Shown here: positions 7,367 to 15,896 of the stretch, in pieces | Layout: every line of letters starts with the position of its first letter | Numbering within the stretch: the stretch's first letter is position 1 | Origin: an uncultured virus (IMG/VR IMGVR_UViG_2865217878_000004) | Taxonomy: Duplodnaviria > Heunggongvirae > Uroviricota > Caudoviricetes | Reading direction: 5' to 3' (one strand) | DNA: 20,000 nt | Virus record (IMG/VR): IMGVR_UViG_2865217878_000004 | Made by a program: the position numbers and the translations under genes | The notes under the pieces: model-generated | Databases searched by the model: none | Told to the model about the DNA's origin: nothing | What the model saw: the letters and a program-made list of their open reading frames with translations, nothing else

Positions 7367-9250
7367 TCAGGCCGCCAGGGCGGGGACAGGAGCGGGGGCG
7401 GCGTAGGTGACCGACTGGAAGGCGCCGGACAGGCCGTTGGCGAACAGCGGGATCGTCAGGGCGTAGGAGGTGCCGCCTCGAATGCAGACCTGGACGCCTT
7501 CTTCCGTGAAAAGGCTGGTGAAAACGTTGTGCGTGAGACCGTCGTGGTCGTACACCCCGTCCAGCGAGATCACATCTGCCTGCAGGCGGAAGAACGTGCC
7601 GGCCGGGTACAACAGCACGCGCACTTCGGTCGGCCACGCGGTGTGCACCAGACGGCCACCGAATCCCGCCTCATCGCCGTCGGCGTAAGCGTCCTGCCAG
7701 TCGTACACCCACTGCGGCGCCACCCCGGCGTTGCGGAGGTAGGCGTCGAGCTGCTGATCAGAGATGGACCAGCGGTTGTCGATGCCGGCCTTCTTCCTCA
7801 AGTCGCTCTTCAAGATCCCTTTCAACCACAGCGGTGCGATGAGTTCCAGCGTCGCGTTCGGCGCCAGCCGCTCGCGGTAGCGCTGCTGCATGACCTGGTG
7901 CTCCAGAATCGACAGCACCGACTCCACCGCGCCCGGTCCGTGCAGATCCACGACTGCCGCCTGAGGGTCCGGGGTACCCACTGCAGGGAGGGCGACCGGC
8001 CTGGACAATGCCTCCATCCGCGCGAGCTGCCAGGCGTTCATCTTGTGGCTGTGCACCGCGAGCGCGCCTTCGGTGAAGCGCGCGATGCGCTCCGGCCACC
8101 CGCGCTGGGTCAGGATCGGCGTACGCAGGCACACCCCGTCCGCATCCAGGCGGCACTCGACAAAGTCGTCATCGCACGGGACTTCCAAGCACGCTTTGCT
8201 CTCTCCCGCGACAGCCTGGGCCTCGGTCTGATGGAAGCCGACACTGCCCCAAATTTCGGCCCAGTCGAACTCGGCCGGGTATCTCAGCCCACCACGGGTT
8301 GCGGTCAGCGTCGGCAGATCCACCATGCCCTGATCGGTGATACGCAGCTCGGTCAGGTCGTAGAGGGTGAGGCTGGGCGCACACCAGCCGCCGGCCGCGA
8401 CCAGTGAGCCGCCCTCCAGCCGCGACTCGTCCGTGACGAAGTCGATCTTCGAAAGGCCCTCGTCATGGTTGGTCGGGTCCAGGACAGTGACCTCGTCCGG
8501 GGAGGCGCGGATCAGGCGCGCGACTGGGATCTGCTGCCGGTCCCGGCTGCGTGAGTTGATCAGCGGCCTCAGCCGTTCCTCCCACACCGAGCCAAAGGCC
8601 CCCAGGGTCTCCAGGCGTTGCCCGGCGGTTACCTGCCGACCGCCGCCGCCAGTTACATCGGCCGAGGCGATCAGGGTGTAGGAGTCCTGCCAGGACTCGG
8701 CGTCGTCCGGCTGCTGGGGCGGCGGCGTGGAACGCAGCCCCAGCGGGACACGAGGCGGTGCCGAAATCGGCACTCGGCCGGAAGAGACGGAGAGTTCCGC
8801 ACCCGCTGCGGCAGGCTGCGGGTCGGAGGGACCTGCCGGAGCGGAGGTACCGGTCGCGTCAGCCTCAGCGGAAGGGGCCTCCGGTTGAGCTACCGGCTCC
8901 GGACCGGTCGGTTCCAGCTCCGGATCGGCAGCAGGCTCCGAGGGAGGCGGGGGCGCGAGGGCCTGGATGCGGGCCTGGGCGTCCGCTATCCGCTGTACGC
9001 GCTCCTCGACAGCAGCGGTGTACTCGTGAACGCCGTCAGCGACGCGGGCCAGTGTCTCCAGGGAGTCCACCGCAGCGTCGTTGACCAGGCTGTCCTCGAC
9101 GGTGGCCTCGTTGAAGCGGGCGTGGATGTCCGCCGTCAGAGCGACGAGATCGAGATCGGCTGCCTCGGCCAAAGCGGAGCGGATGATGTCGGCGTGCTGC
9201 TCGACCGGTTCATCAGCGAGCCTGGCCAGCAGGTTGTCGAGGAAGCTCAC
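7367..9250 (-). CDS. Major capsid (hexamer-type) protein with long N-terminal scaffold/delta-like region
   Basis: GTG 9250 has an AAAGGGG RBS (the ORF track starts at 9292). Helical N-terminus, a P/A/E linker, then SLVAAGGWCAPS..YD..RGG.RY..KACLEVPC..RGWPE..QWVYDWQ..LYPAGTF..LFTEEG. Confidence 0.88.
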   Translation of the reverse strand: MSFLDNLLARLADEPVEQHADIIRSALAEAADLDLVALTADIHARFNEATVEDSLVNDAAVDSLETLARVADGVHEYTAAVEERVQRIADAQARIQALAPPPPSEPAADPELEPTGPEPVAQPEAPSAEADATGTSAPAGPSDPQPAAAGAELSVSSGRVPISAPPRVPLGLRSTPPPQQPDDAESWQDSYTLIASADVTGGGGRQVTAGQRLETLGAFGSVWEERLRPLINSRSRDRQQIPVARLIRASPDEVTVLDPTNHDEGLSKIDFVTDESRLEGGSLVAAGGWCAPSLTLYDLTELRITDQGMVDLPTLTATRGGLRYPAEFDWAEIWGSVGFHQTEAQAVAGESKACLEVPCDDDFVECRLDADGVCLRTPILTQRGWPERIARFTEGALAVHSHKMNAWQLARMEALSRPVALPAVGTPDPQAAVVDLHGPGAVESVLSILEHQVMQQRYRERLAPNATLELIAPLWLKGILKSDLRKKAGIDNRWSISDQQLDAYLRNAGVAPQWVYDWQDAYADGDEAGFGGRLVHTAWPTEVRVLLYPAGTFFRLQADVISLDGVYDHDGLTHNVFTSLFTEEGVQVCIRGGTSYALTIPLFANGLSGAFQSVTYAAPAPVPALAA

Positions 9251-9322
9251 GCGAGCCCCTTTCGCAGGGGTGTCGTCGAGCTCTCGGCCCACCAGCCAGC
9301 AGAGCAGAGGTCGTGGCTGGGA

Positions 9323-9340
9323 AGGGTAGGCGCGTGTACG
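9323..9340 (-). promoter_or_regulatory. Putative late promoter motif CGTACACGCGCCTACCCT, copy 1, upstream of the capsid gene
   Basis: Identical to 9646-9663; ends in the TAnnnT -10-like hexamer TACCCT. Confidence 0.7.
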
Positions 9341-9398
9341 CGCCCGTCACGCCTCGGCGGGTTGGGCCCGTCGCCTCTCGAAGGGGTCAGGCGACAGT

Positions 9399-9617
9399 TC
9401 AGGTCCCCGCTGGCGGCACGACCAGTTCCAGAACCTCATTGGTCCTCGTGTTGATCTTCTCGACCTTGCCGCCGTTCCGGTGTTGGGCGAGCAGCGCGAG
9501 GTTCTGGTCGTAGTAGGGAACGCGCCCACCGTGCTGATCGGTGTGGAGCCAGGCGACGGGCACACCACTGGCCAGCAACGGCCTGGCCGCTTGACGTCCT
9601 CCGCAACCGCACGCCAT
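9399..9617 (-). CDS. Small protein with MACGCGG N-terminus
   Basis: GAGGAGG RBS, its own promoter motif, 72 aa, located between protease and capsid genes. Confidence 0.75.
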   Translation of the reverse strand: MACGCGGRQAARPLLASGVPVAWLHTDQHGGRVPYYDQNLALLAQHRNGGKVEKINTRTNEVLELVVPPAGT

Positions 9618-9645
9618 GACCTGCCTCCTCGTTTCCGGGGCTGGC

Positions 9646-9663
9646 AGGGTAGGCGCGTGTACG
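9646..9663 (-). promoter_or_regulatory. Putative late promoter motif, copy 2
   Basis: CGTACACGCGCCTACCCT about 30 nt upstream of ATG 9617, preceded by a tandem CGAACA. Confidence 0.7.
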
Positions 9664-9767
9664 TGTTCGTCGGGACAACCAGGACGTGATGGCGCGCTCG
9701 GCGGGGGCTCAGCCCGGCAGGTCGACTCCGTGGGCGTAGCGGTGGGCGCCGGCCGGGCCGGGGCCTG

Positions 9768-10529
9768 CTACGGCTTCCGCTCGCGTTCCTCGTCGAACAG
9801 GCCGTCGCACAGCTCGGTTAGCTCCCACGCCTGCTTCACGAGCGTGTCGACGATCTTCTCCAGCTTCTTCTCCCGCTTCGCGCCGGCAGGAGTGCTGTCC
9901 GGGTCGGTGACGATTCCGCCGATGAAGTGGGCGAGGTGGTTCAGCACGGAAGCGGTGAGGCGCAGCTGACTGATCGCGTCGAGGTCCGGCTCGGCCACCG
10001 GGCCGTGCTGGGTTGGGTAGCCGTTGGCGAGGCGTTGGGTCACCCGGGTCTGGGTCAGCCGCAGTCCAGCGGCCACGAGCCTGGCCAGTTGGACGCTCTG
10101 CGGCGGCACCACAGGGGTATCGGCGTCAGCCGGGCCAGGCGGAGCGTCCCCGGGGAAGCCCACGACGCTCGCCCCGAGCAGTTCCAGGATCTCCTCGGTG
10201 CACCGCTTCGGCCGGGCGATGCCCTTCTCGTCCAGGGGCAGCACGTCGAAGGTGTCGTGATCGGGCGCCGGCCCCCCGTACGGCGGGTAGTGCCGAACCA
10301 CCGTCACCGGCGGGCCGAACTCCCGCACACAGGCCCGCACCAGGGCCTCCGCCGCGTTGATCAGCCCGGCGCCCAGCTCCAGGTCGGTGGCAATCACCAG
10401 ATGACCGCCGTCGTTCGTCGGCCACACCCGCAGCCGCACGTGAGTGCGGTGGCCGTTGATGTCCGGGAAGTGCCAGGCATGGTCATCACGGATCGGCGAC
10501 AGCCGCGTCGGGGTGGGCAGTTCGGGCAC
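9768..10529 (-). CDS. Hypothetical protein (accessory/moron)
   Basis: GTG with a GAGAGG RBS; 253 aa with an alpha/beta N-domain, Pro linker and helical C-domain; GC-rich third codon positions. Confidence 0.7.
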   Translation of the reverse strand: MPELPTPTRLSPIRDDHAWHFPDINGHRTHVRLRVWPTNDGGHLVIATDLELGAGLINAAEALVRACVREFGPPVTVVRHYPPYGGPAPDHDTFDVLPLDEKGIARPKRCTEEILELLGASVVGFPGDAPPGPADADTPVVPPQSVQLARLVAAGLRLTQTRVTQRLANGYPTQHGPVAEPDLDAISQLRLTASVLNHLAHFIGGIVTDPDSTPAGAKREKKLEKIVDTLVKQAWELTELCDGLFDEERERKP

Positions 10530-10760
10530 AGGCGGTCCTCTCGTCGTGCAGCAGACAGACGACGATTACGCTAGCCAGCAGCCCGGCGCACACGCCCGAA
10601 CCCGGAACTTTGGCCGGAACTCCCGTCCCGCCCGACGGAGACGTGACCGCTCCGGCTGTACGGGGAGACCACCGGGGCGGAATGCCATTATCGCAGTTCA
10701 GGCCCTACTTTGTTGATTTTCCGGCGACTAGCCAGGGCGAAGTAGCACCTGCACACCCTG

Positions 10761-11321
10761 TCAACGGCGGGTGACGTTGAACCCGCTGTCATGGAGAGCA
10801 GCGGTCCACTTGTCGCGGTCGAACCACTTCATGATGTCGGGCACCTGCGCGGTGATGCCCTTCATACGCGCGTCCCAGTCGTGGCCGGCCGATCCGCGGC
10901 TGCCGTCGCACCCGGGGCAGCCATCCTCACCGTGGATGTGACCAGCCAGCCACGCATTCACGATCGCGTTCAGAACCACCGCGTACAGGTCGCCGCCGGT
11001 CTCGGCCAGGGCATCGGGAACGCTCCCCAGGATCAGCGCCAACTCGGGGTTGTCGATCGGCGGCATGGGCGCCTGCCCCACCCCGTGGGCCGCGCTGCCG
11101 CTCTTGAAGTCCCGGTGCTGCTGGGCGATCGTCTCGGCGAGCCCGGCGGCGTCGAAGTACCGCCAGGCGGAACGCACCTGGATGCCCATTTGTTCAGCCA
11201 CCGCGTTGACGTTCTTTTCGATGACGTCCGCGACCGTCCCAGACCGCACAGTGACTCCTCGCCGGGCCAGCTCGGCAAGCGTCTGCGCTACCGCTTCCTT
11301 AAACGCCTTGGTGTTCCTCAC
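10761..11321 (-). CDS. Hypothetical protein with HTH-like segment and His/Cys cluster (accessory/moron)
   Basis: 186 aa; VNAVAEQMGIQVRSAWRYF is HTH-like; HIHGEDGCPGC..H cluster. TACTCT-N7-GTG suggests a leaderless transcript. Confidence 0.7.
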   Translation of the reverse strand: MRNTKAFKEAVAQTLAELARRGVTVRSGTVADVIEKNVNAVAEQMGIQVRSAWRYFDAAGLAETIAQQHRDFKSGSAAHGVGQAPMPPIDNPELALILGSVPDALAETGGDLYAVVLNAIVNAWLAGHIHGEDGCPGCDGSRGSAGHDWDARMKGITAQVPDIMKWFDRDKWTAALHDSGFNVTRR

Positions 11322-11417
11322 CCACAGCAGAGTAGGCCCTCACAGGTGGCTCCCGAGCCGGAGAGCCGGCTGGCCTCGACCATGATCAATCTCACCGCTC
11401 CCATGCCGACGCCACCG

Positions 11418-13934
11418 TCAGGCGCGGGACTCGGTCATCTCCTCACGCATGAAACCGTCGGCAATGTCCCGGATGTACGCGGAGAGCCCGCCGACGTCAT
11501 CCACCCAGTTCAATGACGGAACCGCAGCCCCGAATCCGGGCGCTGGATCATCCTCCTTGGAGTCGGCTGCGACAGTGGTGGGCGTGAGTCTCCGTGGCGG
11601 GCGCACGCGGCGGGACGCGGTCTGAACGCGTAGGGCCTGGATCGATCGATGCGCGTCTTGAACCCGGCGGCGGAACTCCGCTCGGCGGGCGTGTTCCGCC
11701 TCGACCGCATCGACAAGTCGGCTGAACGCCTTCGGGGAGAGGCCCTCCGGCTCGTCGAGGGAGCGGGGTCGGATACCGGCGGCGATCAGCGCCCAGGGGC
11801 GACCGGCTGTGTCGCGCTGTTCGAGCGGGGCCAACAGCGGCTGGTAGTCCACGGTGGCGGAGGCGGCCAGGGCCTGCCGTTCTTCCTCCGGCAGATCGAC
11901 CGAAATCTCCAGGAACCCTGGTGTGTTGACTGCGTGCGCGCCGACCATTTCCAGTTGCCCGTTGATCACGCGCCAGTCGCCGGACCAGTCGGTGATCCCG
12001 AGTGCGTTGGTCTGGGGCACCCGCAGGTGCGGCAGAATCGCCCCGGCGACCCAGATACCGTGGGCGTCCTCGCCACAGGCGACGACCGCTCCCTGGGCGC
12101 AGGTGTTGTCGTAGTGGTCGATAGCTGCGGCAGCCGACAGACGCTGGTGGGCGTGCCGGCTGGCGAAGGTGAGCTGACCGACGCGAATGATCTCGCTGGT
12201 GTCGGTTTCTATCGCTCGCCGCAGGAAGTATCGGTATCCGCTGGACGAGCGGGGTGGGGTGATGGCCTGTCCGGGATATGAGATGTGCTGGGCCGTCCAG
12301 TCGGCGATGTGGCCGTACAAGCGCCCGGAGGCTTCCACCACCGGTCGGGTGTAGCCGGAGAGCTGCGGGTCGGCGAGCCAGTGGCGCGGTGGGCGCCAGA
12401 CGTTGCCCTCCGGCTCGCGGATCACGACCAGATCAGTGACCGCCGCGGCCAGGAGCGCCACGCGTGCTTCGTCTTGGCTTGATCCGATGGTGATGTCAGG
12501 ATCGTCGAACGCGATGCTCGCCGCCTCGTACAGGTCCGCCACGGCGTTGAGAGCCTGTTGCCGCTGCTGCTCGGTGATGTCCGGTTCGGAGCGCGCGCCG
12601 TTGAGCGCGGCTTGCGCGGAGGTAACGCCTCGCCAGACCAGCCTGAGTTCCCCGTCGATGACGTCGGCTACACCGAACCGGTAACTGGTCGCGTTCTGCG
12701 GCGGCCCGTCCGCGATCAGGAACGCGCGTGACATCTGACCCGGGTCGAACTGGTCGCTCCCTTCGGGAGCGGCCCACTGCCGCACGCGGTTCATCGCGGC
12801 CGCGCCGTCCCACTGTGTCTCCCGCGGTGCCCACGGCAGCGTGACATCCACCGCCAGCACAGCGCCGGACGCCGCGATCGGAGCCTCTGGCGGGTTCTGG
12901 GCGGTCGGCGCGCCGGCGGCCGTCAGCAGGTCCCAAGGAGTGCCACGCACCTCGTCCCGCAGGGCTGGCATCTCCGACAGTCCTTCGATATCCCACCAGG
13001 CGATGACTTCGATGCTGTCGCCATCCGGGTCATCCGGGTTGAGCACAGCCCGGTCCTCGTGGTCCATGTTCAGCGGCACGTCCGCCTCGGCGTCGACCAA
13101 GGCGATGTGGCCGCGGTACACCCCGTTCGCGGAGGTCCACTCACCAGCGATGGGCGCTGAGGACGGCAGCGCGACGCCGGTCTCCTCGCTGAATTCCCGC
13201 ATCGCGGCGTCGAGAGGCGTCTCGCCCTCTTCGATGTGTCCGCCGGGGAACTCCCAGGTTCCGGCCGCCGGATCGTCCTCGGCGAGAGCGCGCTGGATCA
13301 GCAGCACTCGACCGGTGTCCAACGCTTTGACCGCCAGACCGGCCACAGTGGGGACAGCGACGGCGTCCGCCAGGCCCTCTGACGGCAGGCCCTCCGGCGT
13401 GGCGCGAGGCTCGGCCATGTCGATCTGCGCGTTGGGGAAGGCAGGGTGAGCCAGCAACGTCGCGCCCATGATGCGCCAGCGGTCCCACAGCTCGCCGGAC
13501 TCGCCCTCGCTCTCCACCGGGTCGCAGTCTGGGAAAATCTGCCCGTCGTCGCCGACACACACCATGCGGGGCTGAACGCTGTCGACATCCGCGCTGACGA
13601 ACCGCAGGTACCCCTCGCGTATCTTGCGGGCCAGCCGAGGCCCGTCAGGGTCCTCCATGTCGATCTGGCCGCGGCCCCACACCGCATCCCCGTCCCGCCA
13701 GACTTCATCCAGGCGCATCAGACCCACCTCCGCGCCGCGATGACCCTCATCGATGCGCCACTGCACGCCGACGCTCAGCGGCAGCGGCCGGACCGGCACC
13801 TCGTCGTACGGGGTGAGCATGCGGCCGTCAGCGGACCAGGTGTTCGTCCAGGTGATCGGTCCTTCCCAGGTGCCGTCGTCCTGGACGGAGATGGGCAGCG
13901 CGGCGGCTCTCAAGGATGTCCACGGGCTACGCAT
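11418..13934 (-). CDS. Multidomain capsid maturation (prohead) protease with inserted Nudix hydrolase domain
   Basis: AAGGAGGAG RBS; lies between portal and capsid. N-terminal protease-like domain (DGR..LPL..GH..VSAD..PAF), Nudix box GGHIEEGETPLDAAMREFSEETGV, a WDG..ADVIDG domain, and a C-terminal YGHIA..HYDNT..GEDAHGIWVAG..SGDWR..VNTPGF domain. Confidence 0.8.
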   Translation of the reverse strand: MRSPWTSLRAAALPISVQDDGTWEGPITWTNTWSADGRMLTPYDEVPVRPLPLSVGVQWRIDEGHRGAEVGLMRLDEVWRDGDAVWGRGQIDMEDPDGPRLARKIREGYLRFVSADVDSVQPRMVCVGDDGQIFPDCDPVESEGESGELWDRWRIMGATLLAHPAFPNAQIDMAEPRATPEGLPSEGLADAVAVPTVAGLAVKALDTGRVLLIQRALAEDDPAAGTWEFPGGHIEEGETPLDAAMREFSEETGVALPSSAPIAGEWTSANGVYRGHIALVDAEADVPLNMDHEDRAVLNPDDPDGDSIEVIAWWDIEGLSEMPALRDEVRGTPWDLLTAAGAPTAQNPPEAPIAASGAVLAVDVTLPWAPRETQWDGAAAMNRVRQWAAPEGSDQFDPGQMSRAFLIADGPPQNATSYRFGVADVIDGELRLVWRGVTSAQAALNGARSEPDITEQQRQQALNAVADLYEAASIAFDDPDITIGSSQDEARVALLAAAVTDLVVIREPEGNVWRPPRHWLADPQLSGYTRPVVEASGRLYGHIADWTAQHISYPGQAITPPRSSSGYRYFLRRAIETDTSEIIRVGQLTFASRHAHQRLSAAAAIDHYDNTCAQGAVVACGEDAHGIWVAGAILPHLRVPQTNALGITDWSGDWRVINGQLEMVGAHAVNTPGFLEISVDLPEEERQALAASATVDYQPLLAPLEQRDTAGRPWALIAAGIRPRSLDEPEGLSPKAFSRLVDAVEAEHARRAEFRRRVQDAHRSIQALRVQTASRRVRPPRRLTPTTVAADSKEDDPAPGFGAAVPSLNWVDDVGGLSAYIRDIADGFMREEMTESRA

Positions 13935-13994
13935 GAACCTTCTCCTCCTTCGACTCTCGGTCTGATGCGCCCGGCAGCGACGAGTGATCGCGCA

Positions 13995-15872
13995 TCACGC
14001 CGCCTGATCGCATCCGGCTTGTTGGATGGCGCGGGCCAGGTAGTCGCGGTGGTGGTCCTCGCGAGCCAACAAGAGGGCGCGGACGTAGTGATCGATGGCT
14101 TGGTGGAGGCAGTGCTCCTCGGGGGTGGCCGCGATGAACTCCCTGTAGGCACCGGCGAGCATCTGGTCGAGCTGGTCTTGCTCTGCGCCCAGCACGACGT
14201 GAATGCGGTGCAGCGGCACATCCCGGTACTGGCCGCGCAGGCTGCGGCTTCCTCGGTTCAACAGCCACTGGCCGGCTCGTTCCAGCGCTCGCAGTACAGC
14301 CATGTCCAGGCAGTTGGTCCGCCACTCCATGTCAGCGGCGGAGGCGGTTACCACCGCCGGTGGTTCAGGCGGGCCGGAGCGGGGAAGCTCGGCCGGCTCG
14401 GGACGAGATGCCACCGGGGCGCGGGGTCCTTCCGTCCGTGCCGGCTGGTCCAGGCCGGGTATTGCCATGCCCAGCGCGGTCAGCGCGGCTGGCGCGAGCT
14501 GCGGAGTGGAAAGGGCGAGCTGCAGCAACAGGCGACGGCGTTGCTCCTCCTCGTCCGGCATGTCTTCCGTCGAGAAGCCGAGTTCTCTGAGATAGGCGGC
14601 ATCGCTGAGCACACCGCGCTCATGAGCCTGGGCTGCTTCTGGGCCGCGGTTGGGGCGCTGGCGAAGGTCGGAAGTGTCGTACCAGACCGCGTACCGGCCG
14701 GGCTCGGGAACGCCGAGCGCTTCCAGAGCAGGCCGGTACCAGCTCGTGGTGAGCGCGTCGCAGATCAACCCGAGCTTGGGCTCGACATGCAGTTTGATCC
14801 CGGATTCCTCGATCAGCCACTGCCCCCAGTGGTTGACATTCCCCATCCCCAGAAGGATCTCCGGCGGCATGTCCATGCCGATGGCGACCCGGCGTATCGC
14901 GGCGTCGCGCAGCGGCAGGATCTGTTCGTCCAGCGGCGTGGCGAAGGTGAGGTGCTGGAGCTTGTCGCGTACCTCCCCGGGCGCGGTCAGCAGCAGCGGC
15001 ACGATGCTCGCAGCTGAATCGCGGTCCCTCAGCGGTACGGCCATGGATTCCAGCAGCGCCTCGGCGACCGGTGAACCATGCATCGGGTTGGGCCCGTCGC
15101 TCTGCGTCGGGGCAGCGGGCACGACATCCTGCGAGGCCAGCAGCAGACCGGCTCCGGCGAGCCGGGAGTCCGTCGTCGCGATGACGTGAGCGGACAGGCC
15201 CTGAAGCTCGCGCAGCGGGTCGCGTAGCGCGTGCATCGGGCTGTCGGCCCGGTAGGCCAGTCTCGCGTGCGGGTGCCACAGCCGCACGATGGTCGAGGAC
15301 TCCGGGGAGAGGTCGATCCGGGCGGTCGGCCCGTCCGGGAGCTGTACCCGTACCCGGTCGGCTCCCAGCGTGGTGACCTCGTCCGGGGAAGCGATGTGCC
15401 AGCGCCGCTCGCCGTCCGCGTCGAAGCCGATCAGATAGGACTCGCCTGGAACATCGAGGTGGATCGACAGGCGCCGCAGCATCTCTGACTGTCCGGTCTG
15501 CCCTCCGGCCAATTCCTCCAGCGGGGCCAGCAGACGAGCCACCAGTTCGGGGTCAGCATCCGCGTCCTGGGCGTCGACCGGGACAGGCTCGGAGGAACCG
15601 TCCGGATCGATGCTGCCGGCGTAGAGCCGCGTCCGGCTGCAAGCGTTCGCGGCCCACCGCGTGCCGGAATGGATCTCCGGAACGGCGTCGTACAGCTCCC
15701 ACGCCTGAGCCTGCCAGCCCTCCTTGCGACCGACGGCGGCGCGAACCTGGCTCCGGGAGACCAGCGCGGCCGAGGCAAGCACGGCTGTGCCAGCGGGCCG
15801 GTAGCGGACCGAGCCGTCTCCGAGATCAACGACCTCGTGCTTGGTGCGTCGGTGGATCTGCCACCAGGCCAT
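13995..15872 (-). CDS. Portal protein
   Basis: GAGGAGG RBS; WQAQAWELYDAVPEI..SRLAGAGLL..DMPPEILLG..NHWGQW; lies between terminase and protease. Confidence 0.88.
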   Translation of the reverse strand: MAWWQIHRRTKHEVVDLGDGSVRYRPAGTAVLASAALVSRSQVRAAVGRKEGWQAQAWELYDAVPEIHSGTRWAANACSRTRLYAGSIDPDGSSEPVPVDAQDADADPELVARLLAPLEELAGGQTGQSEMLRRLSIHLDVPGESYLIGFDADGERRWHIASPDEVTTLGADRVRVQLPDGPTARIDLSPESSTIVRLWHPHARLAYRADSPMHALRDPLRELQGLSAHVIATTDSRLAGAGLLLASQDVVPAAPTQSDGPNPMHGSPVAEALLESMAVPLRDRDSAASIVPLLLTAPGEVRDKLQHLTFATPLDEQILPLRDAAIRRVAIGMDMPPEILLGMGNVNHWGQWLIEESGIKLHVEPKLGLICDALTTSWYRPALEALGVPEPGRYAVWYDTSDLRQRPNRGPEAAQAHERGVLSDAAYLRELGFSTEDMPDEEEQRRRLLLQLALSTPQLAPAALTALGMAIPGLDQPARTEGPRAPVASRPEPAELPRSGPPEPPAVVTASAADMEWRTNCLDMAVLRALERAGQWLLNRGSRSLRGQYRDVPLHRIHVVLGAEQDQLDQMLAGAYREFIAATPEEHCLHQAIDHYVRALLLAREDHHRDYLARAIQQAGCDQAA

Positions 15873-15896
15873 GCTGTATGCCTCCTCCCGGGCGTG

